From a bacterium (GTDB lineage Bacteria > Electryoneota > Electryoneia > Electryoneales > Electryoneaceae): a DNA stretch of 64,000 nt. Position 1 is the stretch's first letter. Each line of letters begins with the position of its first letter. The stretch is taken from assembly GCA_963669175.1 (NCBI GenBank), contig OY769902.1, positions 5,344,001-5,408,000 of the forward strand, written 5' to 3'. The translations under genes were made by a program, and so were the position numbers. Of this stretch, positions 51,262 through 61,600 are shown piece after piece. The notes under the pieces were generated by a model, which was given only the letters and a program-made list of their open reading frames with translations, had not been told where the DNA came from and searched no databases.

Positions 51262-54200
51262 TTATTTGACCAAAACCATCCGCTTCATATCGGTGAACGC
51301 TCCTGCTTCGATGCGGTAGAAGTACATCCCACTGGCAAGCTGACTGGCATCGAATGTCACACTATGCGTACCCGCCTGCATCGGACGATTCACCAACTGC
51401 GCCACTTCCTGCCCCATGATGTTGTACACCGACAGTTTCACCGTTTCCGGACGCACCAGGTCAAAGCTCAGAGTCGTGGTCGGGTTGAACGGGTTCGGGA
51501 AGTTCTGGTGCAGGGCGAACTCTGTTGGCAGTGTTGACATGTCGAGCACTCTGCCATCACGACGGCCCGTGGTCATATAGTTCTGCAACGCTCTGCGCTT
51601 GGCGTAGTAGTCCTCAAGATCAGCCGGAACGACAGCCGCCAACGCCCCCAACTGCGGCAGGTTGAAAGTGCCGTCTGACGAATGAGCGCTGTTTACTTCC
51701 AGTCCCTCTTCTGCCGCCAACGCCATCTCAAGGTATGTCGCAAGCTGTCCTAGCAGGGTCACGGCGGAATCTTCGTACGTCACCGCTACTTCAAGCAACT
51801 CATCAAGCTCGTCGATGGATTCCTGGTACTCGCCGATACGGTTCTGGTAGGGCAGTTGCAGCCAGAACGCTGTTGCGCTCAGGTATTGGTCATCCAACAG
51901 GTCTTCGAACTCTTCAAGGATATCTTCATCGGACGTCCCCAGCGCCTCCTGGCAACGCGCCCAACCGTTCAAACCGGCGTGAACATTGTCGTTGACAGCG
52001 GCTGACCAGTAGTAGCCGGACGCATCTTCATAGTTCCCCTGTCGCTCACACAGCATTGCCAGATCAATCGCATCCAAATCATCTGAATAGCGGTATGGTT
52101 CATCACGAGGTGCAAATTGAACACTAGATATATTAAGGTAATTGGTAGAATTGAACCAATTATCCGGAATTACAGCAACGGACTGATCACCAGAAAAAAA
52201 GTTATCCTTGAGATTCAATGTGGGGGGAGTTCCAATAATTCCCCAGCCATAATATATAAGTACGGTATCAGAGGCTAGTGATCCGCTATTGTTATCAATA
52301 AAATCATTATTGAATTTGAACAATGCTTCACTTTCATAAATATAGAACTCTGCACATTCTGCTGAAGTATTACCACTCAATCCGTTTTTATAGAACAGGT
52401 TACCATAATTACCAAGTCCATTTCCAAGACTAATACCCGATCCACTCAATGCCTGCATACCGTTTTTTTCGTTGAATTCAATGGTGTTTCTGGTATATAA
52501 AGGTGAACTGGCATACAAATATACACCAAATGTGTTGTCTTCGATCATGGAAGTGTCAATTACACCAGCTGATGTGCAGGAAGTATATGATATGCCTGTA
52601 TTACAGCCGGATATATCTCCATACTCGAGGTTAACAGTCGATTGGCTTGCGTTGATACCGTTAGTGCCGCAATCTGCAATTGTGACATGTGAAAGGTTAA
52701 ATTCAGTATTATATCCCATAATACCATCAGTGCTACAGTTGGAAATGTCAACATTGGACAGTATGCCATCACATGAATTCAGTCGAAGTCCGATCGAGCT
52801 GAAATTATCAATGACTGAGCTACTGAGCGCCAAATCTGAACCATTGCTGAAAATACCGTATCCCAACCCATTTTTAAGCGTTAAGTCAGTCCAGACTGGC
52901 AGCGAAGGATTACCACTGGAAACAAATATTCCATAGTTGGTAGTCTCCGAAATCTGACAATCATCAATATGCAGCTCAATATTTGAACCTGTACAGACGA
53001 TACCTGACGTCATATTTGATAGCCGAGCTTTGTTGAAATATGCATGACAACCGCTGCTCAATTGGATGCAGTTCCAGGTTTCTCCTGAGGCCAGGGGCGC
53101 AAGGATCACCGAATCTGCTCCCGCACTGGCGCCTATGAGCAAAGAATCATTGACAGTTATTTTTGCGCCTTCAAGCATGGGCACGGCAAAATCATCACTG
53201 CTTGGAACAAGTCGCAGTGTATTCACTTCACAGTTTTCACCAAAACGATACATAAAATCCCCGTCAAGGGTGTCACTGATTTCAGTAAGATCAATACATG
53301 GATAGGAATTATTCGCATAAACCCAATAGAATGGTTTTGCAGCAGGACCACCGTAACATCCTATATCTGAATTAGACCCATCGGGATCTGATATGGAAGG
53401 ATCTCCTTCATTAAATGTTCCCAGTGAATCGTTTTTACATAAGTGGTAATCACCGAAATCCGTTGGCTCATCCATACTGGCATTGTCTTCAACAAATCCA
53501 GGTTCAATATTATTACAATTTGACGCACTTACACTACCACCCCAATAATCATCCGAATCATCATCATAAACGCAACAATACTTTATTGGTAATGTGTTCT
53601 GAGAATAAATCCCGACAGAATCAATACCTATACCTTCAGAAAATCCGTAAACAATATTATTTTTAAAATCAACATATTCATCAACCATATTACAGTATAC
53701 ACCATTTCTTTGAACATGAGCGATCGTATTATCAATAAAATACATTATATACCCTGCATAAACACCATATGTTTCACAGTTTACAATTAAGTTATTTGCT
53801 ATATCACATGATATAATTTCTGGAGAGCCATCAATATAAATTCCCATACCACTGAATGTTCCTGTCGTATCAGTGTCTTCAATGGTCATTCCTAAAATCG
53901 TATTGTTTTTGATTTCTATAACACTGGAATCATGTTCTGCAATTTTAATCCCGGTGTTACATTGATAAATCTGATTGTGATTAAAATATACACTATCAGG
54001 ATTTGGGTTTCCGACATAATGCGCTCCCAATCCAGTTCCGTCACAGTAGCGAATCGTAGAGTTCTCCACTCGCAAAGTGGCATACCCGTATGCTAATATT
54101 GCTGCACCATCAGGATATGAGCTTGAATCCGGGTCACCCCCATACTCAACAGTACAGTATTGGAAGTTCCCAACAGCACGAGTAGCAGCGTTGTCCCCTT

Positions 54201-54558
54201 CAAAAATGATTTGACCCCAGGCACCAGCAGTCGAATCGTCACTCGTGAAACGAATCGGGTTGGCTGCCGTGCCGGAGGCAGTTAGGGCAGATCCGTCGTC
54301 GATGACAAGCGAATACTCCCCTTCAAATACAACCTCTACGCCGGGATCAATCTCAACTTCTTGATTTTCAGTAATTGTAATCGTAGATCCAGTAGAAGGG
54401 TGGATGACATACGTACCGTACTGTGTCTGCCAATGTGTGAGTGAATCGGCTGATCCAGCATCGATATCTACCTCAATGACCACCTCAGCATATACAATTG
54501 CGGAACAACCGATTGCAAATAAAGCAATGAGAGCTACTTGCGCGATCCTATCAAACAT
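51262..54558 (-). CDS. Secreted right-handed beta-helix protein with TPR-like region and T9SS/Por C-terminal sorting domain
   Basis: Signal peptide; IDPGVEV..A.GT..NPIRFTS; PbH1-like repeats; GDP..DPDGSNSDIGCYGG; CTD LHQNFPNPFNPTT..LASGMYFYRI..KRMVLVK. Confidence 0.85.
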   Translation of the reverse strand: MFDRIAQVALIALFAIGCSAIVYAEVVIEVDIDAGSADSLTHWQTQYGTYVIHPSTGSTITITENQEVEIDPGVEVVFEGEYSLVIDDGSALTASGTAANPIRFTSDDSTAGAWGQIIFEGDNAATRAVGNFQYCTVEYGGDPDSSSYPDGAAILAYGYATLRVENSTIRYCDGTGLGAHYVGNPNPDSVYFNHNQIYQCNTGIKIAEHDSSVIEIKNNTILGMTIEDTDTTGTFSGMGIYIDGSPEIISCDIANNLIVNCETYGVYAGYIMYFIDNTIAHVQRNGVYCNMVDEYVDFKNNIVYGFSEGIGIDSVGIYSQNTLPIKYCCVYDDDSDDYWGGSVSASNCNNIEPGFVEDNASMDEPTDFGDYHLCKNDSLGTFNEGDPSISDPDGSNSDIGCYGGPAAKPFYWVYANNSYPCIDLTEISDTLDGDFMYRFGENCEVNTLRLVPSSDDFAVPMLEGAKITVNDSLLIGASAGADSVILAPLASGETWNCIQLSSGCHAYFNKARLSNMTSGIVCTGSNIELHIDDCQISETTNYGIFVSSGNPSLPVWTDLTLKNGLGYGIFSNGSDLALSSSVIDNFSSIGLRLNSCDGILSNVDISNCSTDGIMGYNTEFNLSHVTIADCGTNGINASQSTVNLEYGDISGCNTGISYTSCTSAGVIDTSMIEDNTFGVYLYASSPLYTRNTIEFNEKNGMQALSGSGISLGNGLGNYGNLFYKNGLSGNTSAECAEFYIYESEALFKFNNDFIDNNSGSLASDTVLIYYGWGIIGTPPTLNLKDNFFSGDQSVAVIPDNWFNSTNYLNISSVQFAPRDEPYRYSDDLDAIDLAMLCERQGNYEDASGYYWSAAVNDNVHAGLNGWARCQEALGTSDEDILEEFEDLLDDQYLSATAFWLQLPYQNRIGEYQESIDELDELLEVAVTYEDSAVTLLGQLATYLEMALAAEEGLEVNSAHSSDGTFNLPQLGALAAVVPADLEDYYAKRRALQNYMTTGRRDGRVLDMSTLPTEFALHQNFPNPFNPTTTLSFDLVRPETVKLSVYNIMGQEVAQLVNRPMQAGTHSVTFDASQLASGMYFYRIEAGAFTDMKRMVLVK

Positions 54559-54668
54559 GGTACACTCCTCTTGTTGTCAGAATGCCTTATGGTCATTCTG
54601 ATGGCTCGCTGGGCGGGTGCGTCCCCAAAACGTTTGCCCGCTCGGCACTTTTATGAAATACAACAGAA

Positions 54669-57600
54669 TTACTTGAGCAGCACAACCTTTGTCCGTCTCA
54701 CCTCCTTTCCGGCCGCCAGTTCGATGAAGTACATACCTGATGTAAAAGAAGCAGCATCAAGTACTTTTCGATGGTACCCGGCCTGTTGTGAAGAATATGT
54801 GTCTGAAAAAACACGTTGCCCCAGGATGTTGCAGATTGCCAGATGGACATCCGCAGTCTGCGGAAGGCTGTAATGGATCATCAGGAAATTGTTAAAAGGG
54901 TTGGGAAATGGTGCAAACAACTCAAATCTGGCCGGCAATTCTTCAGGGGTTTCAATAACCCAAAGCGGGTATTCATAAGATATCCCATATGGTCCACCCC
55001 AACGACCAATATCGTTGCGTGTTCCATCCACGTCGTTGTACAAGCTGTCAGGGTTGCCAGAATCGATCAGTGGGGAAATATCATAGAGAAAATAGTCAAT
55101 TGTGTCTGCCAACAAGGGATCGGCAATCAGGTTGGTTGAATCGAGTTCGCCATTCGTAATTAGTGTGTCGTTTTGGAAAAAACAATTATACTGAGCTTGA
55201 TCTATAATGACTTCGGGATTTGGCTCTTCATCCCAGTAAATTCCATATATATTTTTCATGAACAAGTTGTTCTGTATGACAGGTAAACTATCGTGTTCTG
55301 AATAATATCTTAATTTTATTCCCTGCTCAAAACCGTGAAACACATTATTTTCAATTATTATAGAATTATGACTTACGTATAGCCCATAAGAATATTCTTC
55401 TTGTTGGTTATAAAAAAGACAATTTCTTACAAATCCCCATGCTTCGCTGCTCATACCAAGTGAACCAACAATATATTTAAATACACAATTATCGATTTCT
55501 ACATAACAATGGCTCAAAGCATCAGCCCAACCATTATAAAATAAAGTATTGCTAATATATATATGTGTATTAAAACAGTATAAATTATAAATATGAGAAT
55601 CCACATCCTCACATACGAATTGACTATTATCAATATATACAGTTGATGATTGACTTGCAATACCATCATACGTGTTATTACCTATAAAAATAAAATCAGT
55701 AGAATTAATATAAATAGTGCTATAGTTTTGCATAAATACTCCAGTATGATTATTATAGAAAAAACAGTTATTAATACTTATTAATGAAGTATCTACTACA
55801 TGAACAGCTCTATAGGTATTTTCAATTCTCGAAAAACTAATCCTTGATGAATCCGAACAATGTTGAAATTTTATTCCAACCCACATAGATGATTGAATTT
55901 CTTCGCCAGAAGCAGTAATAAATCTAATACTGTCAGTTGCATTCCCTTCTGAAATCAGGCATCCATACACATCCAGCCCAATCCTCTGCTCTTCGTCTTC
56001 CACATACCTGAACTGCAATTCACACCCCGGTTCAATGATAAGGCTATCACCTTCGGGGACGATAATGTCTTCCACTACGTAGAACGGGCTGTCTTCCACA
56101 TGCAGAGTCCCGCTGATTTCGCCCTGCAGGATTGTTCTAGCGTCTACGGTTACCATGACAAGTGACGAGTCCGTCTGTCCTTCACCATCCTCAACAACAA
56201 CCGTGAAGCTGAAGTCCTCCGCATCTTCGGGGACAGTTCCCGATACGGCCGTCGTGTCGCTGACCCAGTCCAGCTCGTCTTCTTCACTGAGCCATTCAGG
56301 CAAGTCCGGGAAGGTGAAGTCAAACGGGCCGTTATCATCTGTCGCCGTGATCTCGATGCGGAGCGCATGGCCTGTCCGCGCGAAAACATTTTCCGGGATG
56401 GTCTGGACAGGCGGATTGTCGATGGACTGGTCATAGTAGCGCCCCCCGATATCCGCTCGGGTCCCGTCCGGGTCATTCGGGCTGGCCGGATCACCGGCGT
56501 CAATGCACGGGCTGTTCGCCTGCAAGGTATAATCGAAGGGAACACCTGCTCCGAGGAAAGGATTGGTGATCATGGACGTGCTGTCAAGTTCCACATTGTC
56601 CACTGCTTCAGAGAAGTTATACAGGCAGTTATAGGCTGCTTGAACAGACTGCGCTCCTACTGCGGCGTCAATACCGATACAATCAACTCCGTCACCCTGG
56701 AGCACATTATTCCGTATCGATACCTCTTCCGTATTGGCGATGTAAATGCCACGCGATTGCCCAAGCAGAGTATTGTTCCGGATGTCCACAGCTTCTGATA
56801 CGGACATGCTGATCGCGGTCGCGGTAGAATCAATCACATTGTTGTAGATCTCAACACCCGCACACGTATTCAGATGAATCGTGCCCATGAAGTAGTTTGC
56901 CGCATGCCCGAACAGCTCATTGTGACGAATCACACCACTGGACGCCATCATGTATATGGTCTTCAACAGACTGTTTTCGATGAGCAGGCTGGACTGATCA
57001 GCCGTGATATCGGTTTCATGGCTGACACAACCGCTTGCCAGATCATGAACGTGATAGTCACCGCTGTTCAGATAATAGATATCAACTGCGCAATCGTAAA
57101 TCTCTGTGGTGCAATTCAGAAGACGCAACTGATAACCGGTCACACGATAAATGGAATCGATTTGGGGCGCTGAAAAACCGAGGGTAACATTGGGCGCATA
57201 GTTATCATGGAATTCATAAGGACCGCCATCAGACATGTGTGTACTGCTGGCGGTTGGCGTGCCGCCTTCATTCTTCAGCAGGGTGCAATGGGTGATTTCA
57301 CCACTGTCAAAATCCATGCAAACCTGGTTTCGCAGGGCAACAATGCGACTATGCCGGACGATGGTTGTGCCGTTTTGCGATTCGATACCTATATAGGCTG
57401 AGTCGATGACAACATACTCGCAATGGATCAGGGTGCCTTCAGTCTCAGCAGTAGAAATGATCCGGTCGAAGGCATACGGCTGTGACTGGATGCGAATGGA
57501 ATCCCCTTCTTCCCCCAGCGCCAACAAGGTTCCATTCACATACCAGGGTGTGCGTGTTGAATCGGTCTGATCCTGAAATTCAACCGTCACACCCGGCTCG

Positions 57601-57896
57601 ATCAGGAGTGTATCCCCTTCGGGGACAATCAGGGTGTCGGTGACGAGATAGGGGGAGCCGTCCGTGTCCCACACGCCGGAGACTTCACCGGAGACGAATG
57701 TTTCAGCGTGAATGGCTTGGGGAACAACAAGGGGTACAAAGGCCAGGGACAGAAGCAGCAGGAAGAAGCATAGAGCATCCTCTCTGAACCATTGCGGGGG
57801 GAATGGCGCATGGTGTTGGCATACCGTGTGTCCAGCCTTACGCAACACGACTGCGGGGAGTGTGTCACGCTGTAAAGGAAAGTTCATACGTGTCAT
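54669..57896 (-). CDS. Secreted protein with two beta-helix modules, an Ig-like linker and a T9SS CTD
   Basis: Two modules starting G.(V/I)SG..SP(Y/F).V..IVPEGD.L.IEPG and ending SP.ID.G.P..ND.DGTR.DIG; CTD PFPNPFN..SGMYF..KVVLLK. Start uncertain. Confidence 0.85.
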   Translation of the reverse strand: MTRMNFPLQRDTLPAVVLRKAGHTVCQHHAPFPPQWFREDALCFFLLLLSLAFVPLVVPQAIHAETFVSGEVSGVWDTDGSPYLVTDTLIVPEGDTLLIEPGVTVEFQDQTDSTRTPWYVNGTLLALGEEGDSIRIQSQPYAFDRIISTAETEGTLIHCEYVVIDSAYIGIESQNGTTIVRHSRIVALRNQVCMDFDSGEITHCTLLKNEGGTPTASSTHMSDGGPYEFHDNYAPNVTLGFSAPQIDSIYRVTGYQLRLLNCTTEIYDCAVDIYYLNSGDYHVHDLASGCVSHETDITADQSSLLIENSLLKTIYMMASSGVIRHNELFGHAANYFMGTIHLNTCAGVEIYNNVIDSTATAISMSVSEAVDIRNNTLLGQSRGIYIANTEEVSIRNNVLQGDGVDCIGIDAAVGAQSVQAAYNCLYNFSEAVDNVELDSTSMITNPFLGAGVPFDYTLQANSPCIDAGDPASPNDPDGTRADIGGRYYDQSIDNPPVQTIPENVFARTGHALRIEITATDDNGPFDFTFPDLPEWLSEEDELDWVSDTTAVSGTVPEDAEDFSFTVVVEDGEGQTDSSLVMVTVDARTILQGEISGTLHVEDSPFYVVEDIIVPEGDSLIIEPGCELQFRYVEDEEQRIGLDVYGCLISEGNATDSIRFITASGEEIQSSMWVGIKFQHCSDSSRISFSRIENTYRAVHVVDTSLISINNCFFYNNHTGVFMQNYSTIYINSTDFIFIGNNTYDGIASQSSTVYIDNSQFVCEDVDSHIYNLYCFNTHIYISNTLFYNGWADALSHCYVEIDNCVFKYIVGSLGMSSEAWGFVRNCLFYNQQEEYSYGLYVSHNSIIIENNVFHGFEQGIKLRYYSEHDSLPVIQNNLFMKNIYGIYWDEEPNPEVIIDQAQYNCFFQNDTLITNGELDSTNLIADPLLADTIDYFLYDISPLIDSGNPDSLYNDVDGTRNDIGRWGGPYGISYEYPLWVIETPEELPARFELFAPFPNPFNNFLMIHYSLPQTADVHLAICNILGQRVFSDTYSSQQAGYHRKVLDAASFTSGMYFIELAAGKEVRRTKVVLLK

Positions 57897-58119
57897 AGGT
57901 ACTCCTTTGCGCTACGATGAAAGAAACATACTACTGAAACAGAATGGATGCAATATGGAGCTATCTCTAAAAAAAAAAAATATTTACAACTGGCTCAAAG
58001 GGAAAAATAAAAAGTCCGAAACGAGTCTGATCAGGCTTCTAATCTTTCTTAACAAACCTGAGACCTGATCATAACATTACAAATGTTGAAAAGTTCTTGT
58101 CTTTCGATTCAAGTTAGGT

Positions 58120-58450
58120 TCCACACAAGAATTTGTGCATCCGGGCAAAGTTGTGGCAGGTCTTGACGCGACATTCCGTTTTCGGCTTTCGCAATGTATT
58201 TCTGAATGCACATGATACTGAAACCACCTCTCGTCCTGTTATTGTCGCGTTGTGACCTGCCACCGGTATCAGCATTCTCGCCGCCGTCAGGTCACAATGT
58301 GATGCCTGATGACGATTTATCATGCAAGAAGGCAAGTGTGAAGTCGGGAAGGTATCTGAAATTTCAGAAAGGAACAGGAAAATGGCATCACGCCAAGACC
58401 TGACGGAACCTGCTCGTCGATAGTATGCACAAATTTTTATGAGCAGCCAA
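58120..58450. repeat. Inverted doublet of the 175-bp palindromic element
   Basis: 58275-58450 aligns with 42581-42752. 58120-58263 is an inverted, diverged copy (AAGAATTTGTGCAT; GTGGCAGGTCTTGACGCGACA..TGTCGCGTTGTGACCTGCCAC). Confidence 0.75.
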
Positions 58451-58576
58451 ATATAAATACTAATGATCGTGTTTAAATTCCAGATAGTCAATTTCTAATT
58501 CCTAATTCCTAATTCCTAATTGCCTATATGCGCCCATCCTGATCATCCTTCATCATTATGTGCATCCTGTGAATCA

Positions 58577-58609
58577 GAAAAGCGGGTGACCGCTTTCGCG
58601 ATCACCCGC
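58577..58609 (-). terminator. Intrinsic terminator
   Basis: AAAA-GCGGGTGACCGC-TTTC-GCGATCACCCGC. Confidence 0.65.
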
Positions 58610-58637
58610 AACAGGTTCAATCAAGTGTGAACTGAGC

Positions 58638-61600
58638 TTACTTCACCAGCAGGACTTTCCGCATTTGGTTCATCTTGCCCGGTGTTACTGCACGGACGAA
58701 GTACAGACCGCTGGACAGATCACCGGCGTTGAAGACCACACGGTGGAAACCGGCGTTGAAGGTGTCATCCGCCAGTACCGCCACCTGCTGACCGAGCATG
58801 TTGTAGACCATCACACGCAACGGCGCTGCTTCCGGCAGACCCACCACGACAGTTGTGGTCGGGTTGAACGGGTTCGGGTAAACCGCCGCGACGGAGTATT
58901 CCGTGGGCAGGCCACTGAACGGATTTTCCCTTGCGCTGGTCTGCGGTTCCACGTAGAAGTAGAACGAGGAATCACACATGACCGTATCGCCATCGGAAAC
59001 CGCCCAGATTGTCCACGTGCAGGTGATGTAGTCCAGCCACCAGAAGCGGGCTTCCGTGGTGTCGGGAACATTGACCACAAACCCGGCTTCCATCAGGCTG
59101 TCCACCGCCAGGGTGAATTCCTGCGGATTGCCATGGTAGTCATCACCGGAAATGGTCATGGCGCCCATGTAATGCACCATCTGGCCCGGATCGGGATCCA
59201 TCGACTCCAACCAGGAGAAGACAGTAGAATCCGCATCTTCCAGGGAAAGGGTATCGCCATAACCCGGTGTCAGCAATCCGAACGGGGTCGGCGGCTGCGG
59301 GAAGGCAGTGTTGAAGGTCCAGACTTCATTGGACCATGTGCCACCCGTGTTGGTATCTGTGGCATGCACCTTCCACCAGTACTGCGTATCATCTTCGAGG
59401 CCTTCCACCGCGTAGTCCATGGTCTCTGTTTCCAGGATAATGGCTTCGGTGAAGTTCTCGTCCATGGCGATGTACAGGTAGTAGATGATCGAATCGCCGG
59501 GATCCGGCTCAACCGCTTCCGCCCACTCAAATGTGACGGGAGATTCTGTTACAGTCGCCATATCGGCTGGGTTCGTAAGCCCGAAGGGTTCTGGATTTTC
59601 CGCCACATGGACAGTGAAGGACCAGCCTGTTTCACCGGCATCGGACCAGACTTCAAAGCCGAACTCATCCCAGCAGTGGACACGCCAGTAGAGTGTTTCA
59701 TCGTCGAAATCAGGACGCAGGCCATCAATACGGTAGGTCGTCGCCTGGGTGACCCAGCTCCAGGTATCTTCACCTGAGAAGTCAGCGTTCAGAGACCACT
59801 CGACTTCGTAGAAAACTACATCGTCCGGATCAGGATCAACCGCTTCATCCCACCACAGACGGATGGAATCGCCGGTGGTCACATGGGCTTCGTTTTCTGG
59901 TGAAGTCAACGCGAAGTTGGCCGGAGTTTCCGGGATGTAGACGTCGAATGTCCAGACTTCGTTTGACCAGGTGCCTTCCATGGTGTTGTTGTCACGCGCT
60001 CTGACTTTCCAGTAATACGTCCGGTCATCAAACAGGCCGGTGATCGCAAGGCTGGTGTCCGGGGCGTCAACAATGACAGTCTCAAGGTTCTGACCGAAGT
60101 TCGCATCGGTCGCATACTTGACCACGTAGGAATGAACGGCGTCATCCGGGTCGATTTCTGCAGCAGTATGCCAGACAAGTGTAGTATCACCGGTCCAGCA
60201 GGTGGATTCATCAGCCGGGGAAATCAGGCTGAAGGATTCCGGCGGATCGATGAAGTAAACACGGAATTCCCAACCGTCAGCAGGCAACGCCCATGTGGTC
60301 AGGTCGAAAGTATCGGTCGCTTTGACTCGCCAGTAAATCGTGGTATCCTGCGGAAGTTCATCCAGTCCATTGTTCAGCAGTACAGCGCTGATGTCTTCAA
60401 TGAGATAGGATGTTTCTGTGGTTTCGTAGCTCCAGTAATTCTCGAAATCACTCTCCACAGACCACTGCAGTTCGTAGACAAAAGCATTGTTCGGGTCCGG
60501 ATCAACGGCTGCGGACCATTCCACTTCCTGCGTATCCACGAACGATGTATCGCCATCAAACGGGGAAAGCAGGATGAAGGAACCCGGCGCTTCCGGTACG
60601 TACACATGGAACATGCCTTCCTGATTGGCCCAGGTGCCATTGGTGTTGTTATCTACTGCACGGACTTTCCAGTAGTAGGTATGGTCGTCCAGCAGGTGAC
60701 TCATGGCGTAAGTTGTTCCAGTCGTAACCAATGCAGAGTCAAGGTTGGTGGTGTAGTTGGCATCTGTTGCCCACCAGACACGATACCCTTCAAGCTGGTC
60801 ATCCGGGTCCGGTTCTGTTGTGGCGTTCCAGACCAGGGTGGTATCACCGGTCCAGCAGGTGTCCATGCCACCATCGGAAAGCGGCCCGATCAGGTCAAAC
60901 GCTGCCGGCGGTTCAATGAAGTAAACACGGAAGTTCCAGCCGGTTTCCGGTGTCGCCCAGGTAACCAGGCCAAGGTGATCCTGCGCTTTGACACGCCAGT
61001 AAATGGTGATATCCTGCGGCAGTTCATCCAGGCCGTTGTCGAGCAGCGCCTGGCTGATATCCTCGATGGTGTACTGGATGGATGAAGTCGTGTAGCTTTC
61101 GTAGTCGGAGAAATCGGCTGACGTGCCCCACTGGACTTCATAGTAGAACCAACCGTTGGGGTCTGCATCGCTTGATGCGGTCCAGGTTACCGTTTGGGTA
61201 TCCGTGAACGATGTATCACCGTTGGCCGGACTTGACAGTGCGAAGGCAGCCGGTGCATCCGGGATGTAAGTATGGAACTGGCCTACGTTTGTCGACCAGG
61301 TACCGTTGGTGTTTCCATCCTTGGCGCGAACTTTCCAATAGTAGGTTCTGTCATCCAGCAGATGGGTAAGATCCCAGCTTGTTCCTTCGAAAACTTCCAC
61401 TGAATCCAGGTTCTGGGTGAATACGGAGTTGGTGGCGTACCAGATCATGTAGCTGTTTACCTGGTCATCAGGATCAGGTTCAGTTGTCGCATTCCAGGTA
61501 AGGGTGGTATCCCCTGTCCAGCACGTATCTGTAGCGGAAAGCGGACTGATCAGCGAGAAGGGATCTGGTGGTTCAATTACGTAAACATCGAACTGCCAGG

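Noticed and set aside
44107-57896. Diversity-generating retroelement behind the variable regions
   Set aside because: No reverse transcriptase and no TR/VR pair differing only at adenines in this window.
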